A DNA stretch of 64,000 nt from positions 1,792,001 through 1,856,000 of the forward strand of contig CAXRHT010000002.1 of NCBI GenBank assembly GCA_964230645.1, read 5' to 3'. The notes under the pieces were generated by a model. The model was not told where the DNA came from, searched no databases, and saw only the letters and a list, made by a program, of their open reading frames with translations. The stretch is from Bdellovibrionales bacterium. Lineage in GTDB: Bacteria > Bdellovibrionota > Bdellovibrionia > Bdellovibrionales > JAGQZY01. Below, one piece after another: positions 19,038 through 28,919 of this stretch. Position 1 is the first letter of the stretch, and every line of letters begins with the position of its first letter. The position numbers and the translations under genes are program-made.

Positions 19038-19979
19038 GTGGTCTTAGTAGAAAGCTTGTTTTTCCTCATCCTCGGCTTCGCTCTTCTTGTCTTTTCAGGG
19101 GATAAGCTGGTGGAGGCCTCTGTTCGAATTGCTAGACGTTGGGGCTTACCGGCCAGCGTGATTGCTGCCACTATTATCGCCGCAGGCACATCCGCTCCCG
19201 AATTTGTCACAAGCTTTCTTGCTGGTTTTCGCGGAAAAAGTGATATCTCTATTGGAAACGTAATCGGTTCAAACATTTTTAATATCCTAGCTGTGGGTGG
19301 ACTATCGCTAACCCTGCAATCAAAAGTCAGTGTGGCTTCCACGAAAATGTCTTGGATTGTACTTTGCTTATGCACTCTTATTCTTTTCTTTTTTATGCAG
19401 GATCTATTAATCACAAGGCCTGAGGCTTTGTTACTCGCTGTTTTACTGGTGGGCTTCATCTTTCTTTCCTACCGAAAAAAATCAGGGCCTAGTGACAGCG
19501 AGGAAGTGGCTGCCATCGAACCGGCTCCCCTTTCAAAAAGTATTGCCTTATTTATCGTTAGCAATATCGGCCTCATTGCCGGAGCTGAAATTGCCCTTAG
19601 GGGAGGGATCGCTCTTGGCGAATGGGCGGGACTCACAGAAAGAATTATCGCCATCACAATTATCTCGGCAGGCACCGGGCTTCCAGAACTTGCCACCTCA
19701 GTGGCTGCAGCCTATCGGGGCCATGGGGATGTTGCCATTGCCAATGTTATTGGCTCCAATATTTTTAATAGCCTTGCCATTCCAGCGGGAACGGCCGCTT
19801 TTTTTGCCCTTAATATCTCGGCTCGCTTTATTGGTTTTGATTACTGGATTATGGCTTTAGCAAGCCTCGCTCTCGGACTCCTATATTTCGCTAATAAGTT
19901 TATGAGGCGAACAATTGGAGTTGTTTTCGTTTTAGGCTATTGCAGCTATATCGCTAACCTTATTCTTCGCGACTTCTAA
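19038..19979 (+). CDS. Calcium/sodium antiporter (YrbG-like)
   Basis: Duplicated GTSAPE...GNVIGSNIFN and GTGLPE...ANVIGSNIFN alpha repeats. Confidence 0.92.
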   Translation: MVLVESLFFLILGFALLVFSGDKLVEASVRIARRWGLPASVIAATIIAAGTSAPEFVTSFLAGFRGKSDISIGNVIGSNIFNILAVGGLSLTLQSKVSVASTKMSWIVLCLCTLILFFFMQDLLITRPEALLLAVLLVGFIFLSYRKKSGPSDSEEVAAIEPAPLSKSIALFIVSNIGLIAGAEIALRGGIALGEWAGLTERIIAITIISAGTGLPELATSVAAAYRGHGDVAIANVIGSNIFNSLAIPAGTAAFFALNISARFIGFDYWIMALASLALGLLYFANKFMRRTIGVVFVLGYCSYIANLILRDF

Positions 19980-20543
19980 TCATAAGCGGAAGAGATCGTA
20001 AAGTCTGTTTTGATCCACCTCTTCAATTTGTAGATTGTTTAGTGCCTTTTCTCTCAGACCCGGTATTTCCAAAAGCTTGGGAATGATATCTTCAAGCTTT
20101 TCTTTGATATCGCTTTCAAAGATAAACAATTTTTCATCTCTATTTTCTGTCTCCTTAGAGGGAAAACGAAAAAAGACGAGCATTTTATCAAAGGGGATAT
20201 AGTCCTGAGGCTGATACCACTTACTATCGTTTTTAAAAGCACTCACTTTAATAATGTTTTCATACTTCCACAGGATCATCTTTTTACGCGAGTACCGCTT
20301 CCTAACCCCCGTTTGATCGAATACGTAAGTCGGCACCTCTTGCCACCACCAATAAATTTCTAAAAAACAGGCTAACAAGGGTAAGGAGGCCAAACCATAA
20401 AATAAACCCATCCCTATTTCGACCCACAGAGGACGCGCCTCCCCTAATACGAAATAGGCCACTATAGAAACGCCGACAAATAAACCCAGGCTTCCTAGGA
20501 AGTTTTTCATCAACCGAAAAAAAGAAATATGTAGAGTAACCAC
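19980..20543 (-). CDS. Hypothetical membrane protein
   Basis: Two N-terminal TM helices and a soluble domain. Confidence 0.6.
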   Translation of the reverse strand: MVTLHISFFRLMKNFLGSLGLFVGVSIVAYFVLGEARPLWVEIGMGLFYGLASLPLLACFLEIYWWWQEVPTYVFDQTGVRKRYSRKKMILWKYENIIKVSAFKNDSKWYQPQDYIPFDKMLVFFRFPSKETENRDEKLFIFESDIKEKLEDIIPKLLEIPGLREKALNNLQIEEVDQNRLYDLFRL

Positions 20544-20598
20544 ACTGAAAGTGTAATCGCAGAGCGACGCGCTTAAAAGACCAGTTTAATGGAAGGAT

Positions 20599-21120
20599 TT
20601 ACTCTTCGTCTTTTTCAACAGATTTTGACTTCGCCTCTATATCAATGACATTGTCCATACGACGACCGTGATCTTCTTTAAAATCGTAGTTGGAACGTTT
20701 GGTATGAAACGGATTTTGCTCGAAGTTTGCGTTGGAGTAGAATTTAACACTGCCATTATCAATACCGCGCTTCCACTGTTTCTTAAAATAGCTCTTCCAA
20801 AAAAGTTGGGTGACAGGAAAGATCAGACTCAAACCAATAACATCGGTTAAAACTCCGGGGGTTAAAAGTAAAAGTCCACCCACAAAGGTCATAAAACCCT
20901 TAGCAATGGCGTCTGATGGCAATTTGTTCTGTCTTGTCTGCTGCTGGATCTCCATGAGAATGGAATGCCCCTGCTTTCTTAAAAGCCAAGCTCCAACCAC
21001 ACCAGTGACAATGACAAGTAAAAGGGTGTTGGAAAAACCAATCGCACCACTTAAGCGAATGAGAAAATACAATTCCACAAAAGGAACGATGGTTAAAAGA
21101 AAAAGAAGTCTAAAAAACAT
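20599..21120 (-). CDS. fxsA: FxsA family membrane protein
   Basis: PFVELY, GAWLLRKQG, LLLTPGVLTD. Confidence 0.9.
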   Translation of the reverse strand: MFFRLLFLLTIVPFVELYFLIRLSGAIGFSNTLLLVIVTGVVGAWLLRKQGHSILMEIQQQTRQNKLPSDAIAKGFMTFVGGLLLLTPGVLTDVIGLSLIFPVTQLFWKSYFKKQWKRGIDNGSVKFYSNANFEQNPFHTKRSNYDFKEDHGRRMDNVIDIEAKSKSVEKDEE

Positions 21121-21121
21121 A

Positions 21122-21892
21122 CTACAATTCCAATTCGAGCATCACCGGACAGTGATCCGAGCCCATTTGCTGATCCCATATATCAGCATTTTTTAAATGG
21201 GGAACGAGGTTTTCTGAAACGCAGATATAGTCAATTCTCCATCCCCGATTGGCGGGTCTGGCCATTTCCCGGTAAGACCACCAACTAAAGCGCTCTTTCT
21301 CATCGGGATGAAAATGCCTGAAAGTATCAACAAATCCAGCATCAAGAAATTGCGAGAACCATTCTTGTTCCTCTGGCAAAAATCCACTAACTTTGCACAA
21401 TCGTTTCGGATCGTGAACATCAATGTCTCGGTGGGCGACATTATAATCTCCCACGACGATCACCTTTTTCCCGGCCGCCAGTTGCTTGATTAAATGGCGT
21501 AGGAACTTCTTTAAGAACTCTTGCTTATAATGGTGGCGCTCTTCTCTAGCAGAGCCATTAGGAAAGTAGATATTATAGAGTAAAATATCATGAATTTGAG
21601 TGACGACTATGCGTCCTTCATCATCAAACTTTTTAATTCCAATGCCGTGTTCGACGTTTTCTACAGGGAGACGAGTATAGGTGACCACACCCGAATAACC
21701 CTTGCGCGTCATGGCTGAGGTCCAATAACTGTCGTAGTCCATTGGAGAGACGAGCTCCTCGTCCAACTGATCCGTATGGGCTTTAGTTTCTTGAAGACAT
21801 AAGATTTCAGGCTGTTCGCGTTCAAGAAAATCCAAAAAACCCTTTCGGTGACAGGCTCTTATCCCGTTGACGTTCCAAGTGACTAGCTTCAT
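21122..21892 (-). CDS. xth: Exodeoxyribonuclease III
   Basis: WNVNGIR, LQETK, YFPNG, GDYNVAH, WRIDY, SDHCP. Confidence 0.97.
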   Translation of the reverse strand: MKLVTWNVNGIRACHRKGFLDFLEREQPEILCLQETKAHTDQLDEELVSPMDYDSYWTSAMTRKGYSGVVTYTRLPVENVEHGIGIKKFDDEGRIVVTQIHDILLYNIYFPNGSAREERHHYKQEFLKKFLRHLIKQLAAGKKVIVVGDYNVAHRDIDVHDPKRLCKVSGFLPEEQEWFSQFLDAGFVDTFRHFHPDEKERFSWWSYREMARPANRGWRIDYICVSENLVPHLKNADIWDQQMGSDHCPVMLELEL

Positions 21893-22014
21893 GACACACC
21901 CCTTATAAGTGTCCCAGAACCTAGACGAATGGTTTCAGGAATTCAATTCTCTTTTGACTCAATCGCGTTAAAGCTCTACAAAATGAGCTGAACTTCAAAT
22001 GAAAGGGTTTTCTC

Positions 22015-22539
22015 ATGCCTATGATTGGACAACCAGCCCCACAATTCACAGCTCCTGCTGTTGTTGATGGTGGAGAATTTAAAGACGTTAACCTTGAGGA
22101 CTTCAAAGGAAAGTGGACCGTCCTCTTTTTCTATCCCTTGGATTTTACTTTCGTTTGCCCCACAGAAATCACTCAGTTCCGAGAGGCTCTTCCTCAATTT
22201 AAAGATTTAGGTGCGGAAGTTCTTGGTTGCAGTATCGACTCTGTTCATTCTCATAAAAGATGGATCCAAGACGACTTAAAAGATTTAGGCTACCCTCTTA
22301 TTGGTGACGTTACCAAAAGAGTGAGCCGCGACTATGGTGTCCTTATGGAAGATGAAGGCATTGCCACACGAGGGACTTTTATTATCGATCCTGAGGGAAC
22401 CATTCAATATATGGGAATTCACAATTTGAGCGTTGGAAGAGACGCTGGTGAAATTTTACGAGTTCTTCAAGGACTCCAATCCGGTGAACTCTGTGGTGCT
22501 GGCTGGACTCCCGGTGATAAGCACGTTGCTGTTAATTAA
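22015..22539 (+). CDS. ahpC: 2-Cys peroxiredoxin (AhpC/TSA)
   Basis: FYPLDFTFVCPTE, RGTFIIDP, C-terminal Cys in GELCGAGW. Confidence 0.93.
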   Translation: MPMIGQPAPQFTAPAVVDGGEFKDVNLEDFKGKWTVLFFYPLDFTFVCPTEITQFREALPQFKDLGAEVLGCSIDSVHSHKRWIQDDLKDLGYPLIGDVTKRVSRDYGVLMEDEGIATRGTFIIDPEGTIQYMGIHNLSVGRDAGEILRVLQGLQSGELCGAGWTPGDKHVAVN

Positions 22540-22581
22540 TTTCCTATTACAATTGTTGCGACCCGAGGAGGGTCGCAATCT

Positions 22582-23694
22582 ATGACTCCTACGAAAGAAT
22601 CCATCCTTTCGCTGATCGAAAAACTTTTCCCAAAATCTTACCCAAAAGTTTCCAAACAAGATCTCATCAGCGATAATCTTTTTTCTCCCTTTAGAGTTTC
22701 TTTACCCAAAGAGGCTTTAGACGACGTTAAAAAGTTCACAAAAGAGCTCTACCTCATTAAAGAATCTAAAACCTATCAGGAAAAAATATCTCCGAAAAGA
22801 CCAATAGGTGATTGGCCGCAGACGCCTTCTCTTTTAACTTGCCTTGATTTCCACTACTCGCCGGAAACAGGTCTTAAACTCATCGAAATAAATACCAACG
22901 CCTCTCTTTATCTTCCCTTTGTATTGCATCGCTTTGGAGAAAAGGCTTTAGATACCGATGAAATGCAGTCCCTTTTGTCCTCTTTCAAAGCTTGCTTTGC
23001 GGACACGAAAGATCTCTCTATTTTAGACTTGGACCCGTCCAAGGAAGGTCTCTATTTTGAATTTTTGTTACTCAGTGAATGGCTGAATCAAAATGACTTT
23101 AATAGTAATGTGATTGCTCTTTCCGAGTACGATAAGAGTGGTAGAGATGGGATCTACAATCGATACACAGATTTTTATTTTGAAAATGAAAAATCACAAA
23201 GTCTCAGAAAAGATTATGAGGAGAAAAATAAAATCTTCTCCCCTAACCCCAGAGGCTATTATCTCTTAGCTGACAAAAAGAGACTGGATTTACTCAGAGA
23301 TTGCATGCTGCAATCAAACCAAAACCTAGCGAAAATGATTCCTGAAACCCTTCTATTCTCTGAATTTGAAAGCAAGGAAGACCTCTGGAAGAATCGCAAA
23401 AAATACTTTTTCAAACCCAGTCAGTCTTTTGGAAGCAAGGGCGCTTTCAGAGGTAAAAGCGTTTCAAGAAAAGCCTTTGAAAATTTATATGATCCCGATT
23501 TTGTAGCCCAAGAGTACTGTCCCCCTGGAAAACTCACTTTTAACCATAAAGATGAGGACATCACCATGAAGTACGATCTACGATTTTATGTCTTCAATGG
23601 TGAGGTTCAAAACTACGGGGCCCGACTTTATCAAGGACAGGCAACCAATATGAAAACCACCCATGGCGGCCTGGCTCCTGTTGAGTTTGAGTAA
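22582..23694 (+). CDS. Uncharacterised ATP-grasp-like ligase
   Basis: DFH...LIEINTN, FFKPSQSFGSKG, VAQEY, DLRFY motifs resembling circularly permuted ATP-grasp enzymes. Confidence 0.65.
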   Translation: MTPTKESILSLIEKLFPKSYPKVSKQDLISDNLFSPFRVSLPKEALDDVKKFTKELYLIKESKTYQEKISPKRPIGDWPQTPSLLTCLDFHYSPETGLKLIEINTNASLYLPFVLHRFGEKALDTDEMQSLLSSFKACFADTKDLSILDLDPSKEGLYFEFLLLSEWLNQNDFNSNVIALSEYDKSGRDGIYNRYTDFYFENEKSQSLRKDYEEKNKIFSPNPRGYYLLADKKRLDLLRDCMLQSNQNLAKMIPETLLFSEFESKEDLWKNRKKYFFKPSQSFGSKGAFRGKSVSRKAFENLYDPDFVAQEYCPPGKLTFNHKDEDITMKYDLRFYVFNGEVQNYGARLYQGQATNMKTTHGGLAPVEFE

Positions 23695-23705
23695 ATAGTC
23701 CCCCC

Positions 23706-23879
23706 TGTCATTCTGAGGCGAAGCCGAAGAATCTTTTCCTCCTACTCTTCTCCATTGTCATTCTGAGGCGCAGCCGAAGATTCTTTGGCTACTACTCCTC
23801 TCCATTGTCATCCTGAGGCGAAGCCGAAGGATCTTTAGCTATTACGCAAGATCCTTCGCTCTCGCTCAGGATGACAATG
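23706..23879. repeat. REP-like cluster: three 50-bp tandem units plus one inverted unit
   Basis: TGTCATYCTGAGGCGMAGCCGAAGRWTCT at 23706, 23756 and 23806; inverted AGATCCTTCGCTCTCGCTCAGGATGACA at 23849. Confidence 0.9.
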
Positions 23880-24081
23880 CGAGAGCTGACTGGAAGGAAT
23901 GCCCCCCTCATCTTTTCGACAGTTTCCCCGCCTTTCAAACAAAGTTTCCAAAGCTTTTCAAAAAGAGTCACAATTCTCTTCTGGAAATGATGCAAGCTCT
24001 TGTGAGACCTACAGTTTAGCTTGATACTAGAGTTTAATAAGGTTTTTGAAGATTTGGGAATTCTTACATTGAGGTGCCAAT

Positions 24082-25083
24082 ATGAAACATCTGATATTTG
24101 TTTTAATATTTTTGTTGTGGCCGGCGAAGGATCTTTTTGCCTCTTCTATTTTCCACCTTGAGAAAAAACAGGGGAAATGCCACTGGCTTTTATACAGTGT
24201 CGAAAACGATAAGGATAAAACTTACTACAAAACAGAGAAGTGTCCTAACCAGATTGTTTGGCTCAAAGATAAGTCTTTTTACTTTTCTGTTGGTTCGGAT
24301 ATTTTTTGGGCCAACCGGTGGGTCAAAAAACCCATAAAAATCGTAAACTATAAAACCGCCAAAACAGGCGTTACAAAAAATGATGAAGTCATCTGGGGTG
24401 TGAAAGGAAAATACAATTCCATCTACGCTCTTGTCATTGATCCCAAGCTCAAACATATGGCGGTCAACGGTCAAGACTCCTACGAGTACAAAGACCGCAG
24501 TGTGGCTTCAACCAGCTTTAACGGCATTCCTACTGAGGATAAAGCCGCCGGTATTGTCCGCCGCTGGAGTAAATCAAAAAAGAAATGGTTCACTGAGAAA
24601 GTAAAACTTGTGGGCCGCTTCAAAGAGACTGGTTTTGACGAGGACCTTTATAACAACAGTGTTTTAAGCTCTACACAAATTATTCACTACAACGAGTGCG
24701 CAGGATCTAATTGCGAAACTCTTCCTAATAACAGTGGCTGGAAACTTGATGAGTGGAAGGAAAAATTAAAGTTTATCGATGATGGTGTACAATCGGTCGG
24801 TTACCTGAAGCTTGATAAAGAGTCTGGACTTCTCTTTAAAAAATCATTGGGTGAAACTCTTCATCCCATCAAACCTTTTTTACTGTGTAAAAACGATTGT
24901 AAGGAAATCAGTGAGGTCGAACTGCCCAAAAGTTTCTCTGACAACTATGCGATCGTTAAAAAAGGTAAGCATGTTTTGGTCACTAACGAAGATCGGGGCA
25001 GCGTGGGAAATCTCTACACCTTTAACTCCCCAAAACCGGTTAAATCCTTCCGAGGTCCCATGGTTTTTTGGCACCCTTTTTAA
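24082..25083 (+). CDS. Hypothetical secreted protein
   Basis: 333-aa ORF, GAGG RBS, signal peptide, Lys-rich with paired Cys. Confidence 0.75.
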   Translation: MKHLIFVLIFLLWPAKDLFASSIFHLEKKQGKCHWLLYSVENDKDKTYYKTEKCPNQIVWLKDKSFYFSVGSDIFWANRWVKKPIKIVNYKTAKTGVTKNDEVIWGVKGKYNSIYALVIDPKLKHMAVNGQDSYEYKDRSVASTSFNGIPTEDKAAGIVRRWSKSKKKWFTEKVKLVGRFKETGFDEDLYNNSVLSSTQIIHYNECAGSNCETLPNNSGWKLDEWKEKLKFIDDGVQSVGYLKLDKESGLLFKKSLGETLHPIKPFLLCKNDCKEISEVELPKSFSDNYAIVKKGKHVLVTNEDRGSVGNLYTFNSPKPVKSFRGPMVFWHPF

Positions 25084-25239
25084 CGGGGGGCCACCACCTC
25101 CTTCACAATCAATATAAAGGGGTGTGAGCGCGGTATAGCGCGGTGCACCTCTAACTTTCTTGTCAGTCCTCATGGGCTCCACTAAAACTGAAAAACCCTC
25201 ATAACTTAAGGGTTTTATGCGTTTTAAAGGAACTGTCTT

Positions 25240-26205
25240 ATGATCGTAGTCACTGGGGCCACTGGCTTTATTGGAAGTGTTATTGTTTGGGAACTCAATC
25301 AAAAAGGTCACGAAGACATTTTGTGTGTCGACTCCGTTCCCCCACAAGCCCGGCCCGGGATTCTTGAAGGCAAAAAATACTCTCGCTTTATGGATCATAA
25401 AGAGTTTCTAAAGTATCTCGATGCGGGACCGAAAGAGGAGATCTCCTGGATCATTCATATGGGAGCTTGCTCGTCCACAACGGAAATGAATGTCGAATTT
25501 CTTCGTGAGAACAATACTCTTTATACCCAAAAACTTTTTGAGTTCTGCCGTGATAACGAAGTTCCTTTTATCTACGCCAGTAGTGGTGCTTGTTATGGAG
25601 ATGGGCAACAAGGATTTGATGATCAAATCGATCCAGAACTCTTAAAGCCACTGAATCCCTATGGAGACTCTAAATTGAATTTTGATCGCTGGGTTTTAAA
25701 ACAAGACAAGTTCCCACCACTTTGGATGGGGCTGCGCTTTTTCAACGTTTATGGGCCCAATGAGTATTACAAAAAAGATATGAGCAGCGTTGTTTTTAAA
25801 GCTTATCGTCAGATTAAAGTTAACGGCTCACTTAAACTTTTTCGCTCACACGATCCCGATTACAAAGATGGCGAACAACTAAGGGACTTTGTTTACGTTA
25901 AAGATATCACCCGTTGGATCAGTGAAATCATGGACGGCAAAGGCTTCTCTGGGATCTACAATATGGGCTACGGTAAGGCGCGCAGTTGGCTCGACCTTGC
26001 CAAAAGTGTTTTTAACAATATGGACAAAGAACTCAATATCGAATGGATCGATATTCCTGAGGAAATGAGACCTCGCTACCAATACTTCACTGAAGCCAAG
26101 ATGGACAGATTTCTAAGCCAGGGCTTTAGTCAACCGCAATGGAGGCTTGAAGATGGAATTACAGACTACATCAAATACCTCGACCGGGAAGACCCCTTCC
26201 TCTGA
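25240..26205 (+). CDS. hldD: ADP-L-glycero-D-manno-heptose-6-epimerase
   Basis: TGATGFIGS, HMGACSSTTE, YASS, PLNPYGDSK, RFFNVYGPNE, YQYFTEA. Confidence 0.95.
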   Translation: MIVVTGATGFIGSVIVWELNQKGHEDILCVDSVPPQARPGILEGKKYSRFMDHKEFLKYLDAGPKEEISWIIHMGACSSTTEMNVEFLRENNTLYTQKLFEFCRDNEVPFIYASSGACYGDGQQGFDDQIDPELLKPLNPYGDSKLNFDRWVLKQDKFPPLWMGLRFFNVYGPNEYYKKDMSSVVFKAYRQIKVNGSLKLFRSHDPDYKDGEQLRDFVYVKDITRWISEIMDGKGFSGIYNMGYGKARSWLDLAKSVFNNMDKELNIEWIDIPEEMRPRYQYFTEAKMDRFLSQGFSQPQWRLEDGITDYIKYLDREDPFL

Positions 26206-26215
26206 GGAGCACACG

Positions 26216-27964
26216 ATGGAAAATGTTGAAAAAGTAAAAGAAAGTATTCCTGATCACCTCAAGGAATTTATCGTTGAACAGGACACAACCGATTATCAAC
26301 CCATCGATCATGCGGTTTGGCGCTATTCCTTGCGCCAGCTAAAAAACTTTCTCGGAAAAAACGCTCACTCCTGTTACCTCGATGGTCTTGAAAAAACAGG
26401 GATTACCGTAGAGCAAATTCCAAGCATTGATCAAATTTGTAAAAAGCTGCAGGAGTTCGGATGGTCGGCCGTGCCGGTGAGTGGCTTTATTCCACCAGCG
26501 GCCTTTATGGAGCTGCAAAGTTTGGGCATTTTACCTATCGCAACGGATATGAGAACGATGGATCATATCCTATACACACCCGCTCCTGATATTGTTCACG
26601 AGGCTGCCGGACATGCTCCTATCCTTATCAATGAAGAGTTTGCCAAATACTTAAAAGAATATGCCAGTGTCGCTCGAAACGCGATTGTTTCCAGTGAGGA
26701 CTTAGCTCTTTATGAGGCCATTAGGGAACTCTCTGATATCAAAGAACATCCTGATTCCACAGAGGAAGAAATAAAACAGGCTAATGATAAACTAGAAAAA
26801 ATAGCTTCCAATATGAAGGTGACTTCTGAGGCCACACTTCTTGGCCGAATGAACTGGTGGACGGCCGAGTATGGGCTTATCGGAGATATTAATGATCCTA
26901 AAATTTATGGGGCTGGCCTGCTCTCTTCTTATGGAGAAGCCAAAGAGTGTTTAAAAGATCATGTTGAAAAAATCCCACTCAGTGTGGACTGCATCAAATA
27001 CAATTACGACATCACTGAACCTCAACCCCAACTTTTTGTGGCAAAGTCTTTCGAAGATCTTAAAAGAGTTCTACATGAACTCTCCCTTCAGCTCTCCTAC
27101 AAAAAAGGTGGAATTTTTGGTCTGGAAAAAGCCATTGAAGCTGAAACCGTAAACACCGTTCAACTTAATTCTGGCCTACAGGTTTCAGGTAAGGTTGTTG
27201 ATTATATCGAGCGCGATGGCGAGTGCATTTACTTCCGTTTTGAAGGCCCTTCTCAACTAAGCATCGGTGGTAACCAATTAGAGGGACACGGTAAAGATTT
27301 TCATGATCATGGTTACAGCTCTCCACTTGGCTATGTGGAAGGTTACGAAGACTGTCTATCCTGGGCCACCAATGATGATCTTAAAAAACTAGGGATCGTT
27401 GAAGGAAAGGAAGTGGATATTCGTTTTGAAAATGGTGTGCATGTGTCTGGTCGCCTAGTCGAACAGCGCCGCACTCCCAGAGGAGAGCTCTGCTTACTAA
27501 GCTTTAACGATTGTCATGTTTCTCTAGCCGGTAAAGTCCTATTCATGCCGGAATGGGGAACTTTCGATATGGCAGTGGGATCAAAAGTAGAGTCTGTGTT
27601 TTCTGGTCCTGCCGATCGCAAAAAATACGGCCTTACTGACTCCTTCTCCAAAAAGAGGGTGCCTGAGAAAAAACGTTCTGAAAAAGAGATGGCTCTTAAT
27701 AAACTTTACCAAAAAATCAGAGACATGCGCCAAAGCGGAGATGTAAAGCTTCAAAGCCTTGAAGAAGTAGCTTCAACGCTCAATGATGAGTTTCCAAAAG
27801 ATTGGCTCGCTCGTTTAGAAATCGTAGAGCTCACCCACAAGGTAGAAGGTGCTGACAACCTAAGGGCCGCAATCACCGAACAGCTCCATAAATTGCAAGA
27901 GCTCTCTAAGCAAAGATTCACTGTCATTAACGACGGCCTATCGCTGGCTGACAAAGATCTATGA
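26216..27964 (+). CDS. phhA: Aromatic amino acid hydroxylase (long-form phenylalanine 4-hydroxylase)
   Basis: YTPAPDIVHEAAGH, WWTAEYGL, YGAGLLSS, YDITEPQPQLFV plus a long C-terminal extension. Start at ATG 26216 after GAGGAG. Confidence 0.88.
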   Translation: MENVEKVKESIPDHLKEFIVEQDTTDYQPIDHAVWRYSLRQLKNFLGKNAHSCYLDGLEKTGITVEQIPSIDQICKKLQEFGWSAVPVSGFIPPAAFMELQSLGILPIATDMRTMDHILYTPAPDIVHEAAGHAPILINEEFAKYLKEYASVARNAIVSSEDLALYEAIRELSDIKEHPDSTEEEIKQANDKLEKIASNMKVTSEATLLGRMNWWTAEYGLIGDINDPKIYGAGLLSSYGEAKECLKDHVEKIPLSVDCIKYNYDITEPQPQLFVAKSFEDLKRVLHELSLQLSYKKGGIFGLEKAIEAETVNTVQLNSGLQVSGKVVDYIERDGECIYFRFEGPSQLSIGGNQLEGHGKDFHDHGYSSPLGYVEGYEDCLSWATNDDLKKLGIVEGKEVDIRFENGVHVSGRLVEQRRTPRGELCLLSFNDCHVSLAGKVLFMPEWGTFDMAVGSKVESVFSGPADRKKYGLTDSFSKKRVPEKKRSEKEMALNKLYQKIRDMRQSGDVKLQSLEEVASTLNDEFPKDWLARLEIVELTHKVEGADNLRAAITEQLHKLQELSKQRFTVINDGLSLADKDL

Positions 27965-28662
27965 AAAACCTTCGCGTCGTTCTTGTTAGCTCCAAGTACC
28001 CGCGAAACATTGGCCTTGTTTCTAGAATCTTAAATAACTATGGCATTGAGGAGCTTTTATTAGTCACTCCTCAATGCGAGCTCAACGAAGAAGCCAAACA
28101 AGGAGCCGCCCAAGGCCAAGCCCCTTTAACGAATGCCAAAATTTACGAAGACTGGGAGAGCTTCTACAAGGAACAGCCCAACGGATTACGTATTGCTTTT
28201 AGCCGACGCCAGGGAAAACGCAGAGCCAGTGAACCTCTCAACACTCTACTAGAAAATCCGATTGTCGATATGGATAAGCCCATTTATCTTATCTTTGGCG
28301 CCGAGGACCATGGCCTCTCAAGTGATGATTTAGAGCTCGTTCACCGCATGGCCTATTTTGATCTTCCCGGAGAGCTTCAAAGCATGAACCTCTCACATTC
28401 TGTATTAGTAGCAGTACAGAGCTTTTTTCAAAGATTTGGAACCCACCAATCCCCTTTTCAAAAAGAGAGCACCAAAGACCCCGAACCTTTTTTAAAAGAA
28501 TGGCTTGAAGCCTTAAACTTCGATCTCGACTCCCAAAAACGCTGGAACGCTTTAACCATGCTCAAACAACTCATCCTCAAAGCCAACCCAACTGAGGATG
28601 AAATGCACAAACTAGAAATGATCGTGCAACACACCCTAAGAAAGATAAAAGAACCCAAATAA
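27961..28662 (+). CDS. SPOUT RNA methyltransferase (TrmJ/TrmH family)
   Basis: PRNIG, IFGAEDHGL, SMNLSHS. Confidence 0.88.
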   Translation: MKNLRVVLVSSKYPRNIGLVSRILNNYGIEELLLVTPQCELNEEAKQGAAQGQAPLTNAKIYEDWESFYKEQPNGLRIAFSRRQGKRRASEPLNTLLENPIVDMDKPIYLIFGAEDHGLSSDDLELVHRMAYFDLPGELQSMNLSHSVLVAVQSFFQRFGTHQSPFQKESTKDPEPFLKEWLEALNFDLDSQKRWNALTMLKQLILKANPTEDEMHKLEMIVQHTLRKIKEPK

Positions 28663-28733
28663 TAAGGTCACACCGCACCACCAAAAGCTTATCCAATGGG
28701 CCTCATTGGGCGATGGTGGTATGCTCGGGGGGC

Positions 28734-28891
28734 GGAAATCCCTGGGCTTGTCTTTGTGAATTCTGGATATTCTCTGGGATAGGCCCAGCTCCTGCTTAGC
28801 TGGCATCACCCTGCGGGTGAGCGCCTCCAGCTTGCCAGAGCCATATCCCAGAGAATATCCAGAATTCACAAAGACAAGCCCAGGAATTTCC
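28734..28891. repeat. Long inverted repeat (41-bp perfect arms) enclosing two small hairpins
   Basis: 28741-28781 is the exact reverse complement of 28844-28884; pairing extends to 28734/28891 with one mismatch. Confidence 0.95.
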
Positions 28892-28919
28892 TTAGAGTTA
28901 CAATCTACAAAAAGGTCCC

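Noticed and set aside
23706..23879. CRISPR array
   Set aside because: The 21-nt linkers resemble each other, one unit is inverted, and there are no cas genes; fits a REP cluster.
25119..25151. Small GC-rich hairpin as an ncRNA
   Set aside because: Imperfect, single copy, no U-tract or recognisable motif.
26147..26215. N-terminal extension of PhhA
   Set aside because: Overlaps hldD; ATG 26216 has a GAGGAG RBS.
28685..28919. SAM or cobalamin riboswitch before metH; retron msr-msd
   Set aside because: Only CTTATC matches SAM-I, other core motifs are absent, and there is no reverse transcriptase in the window.
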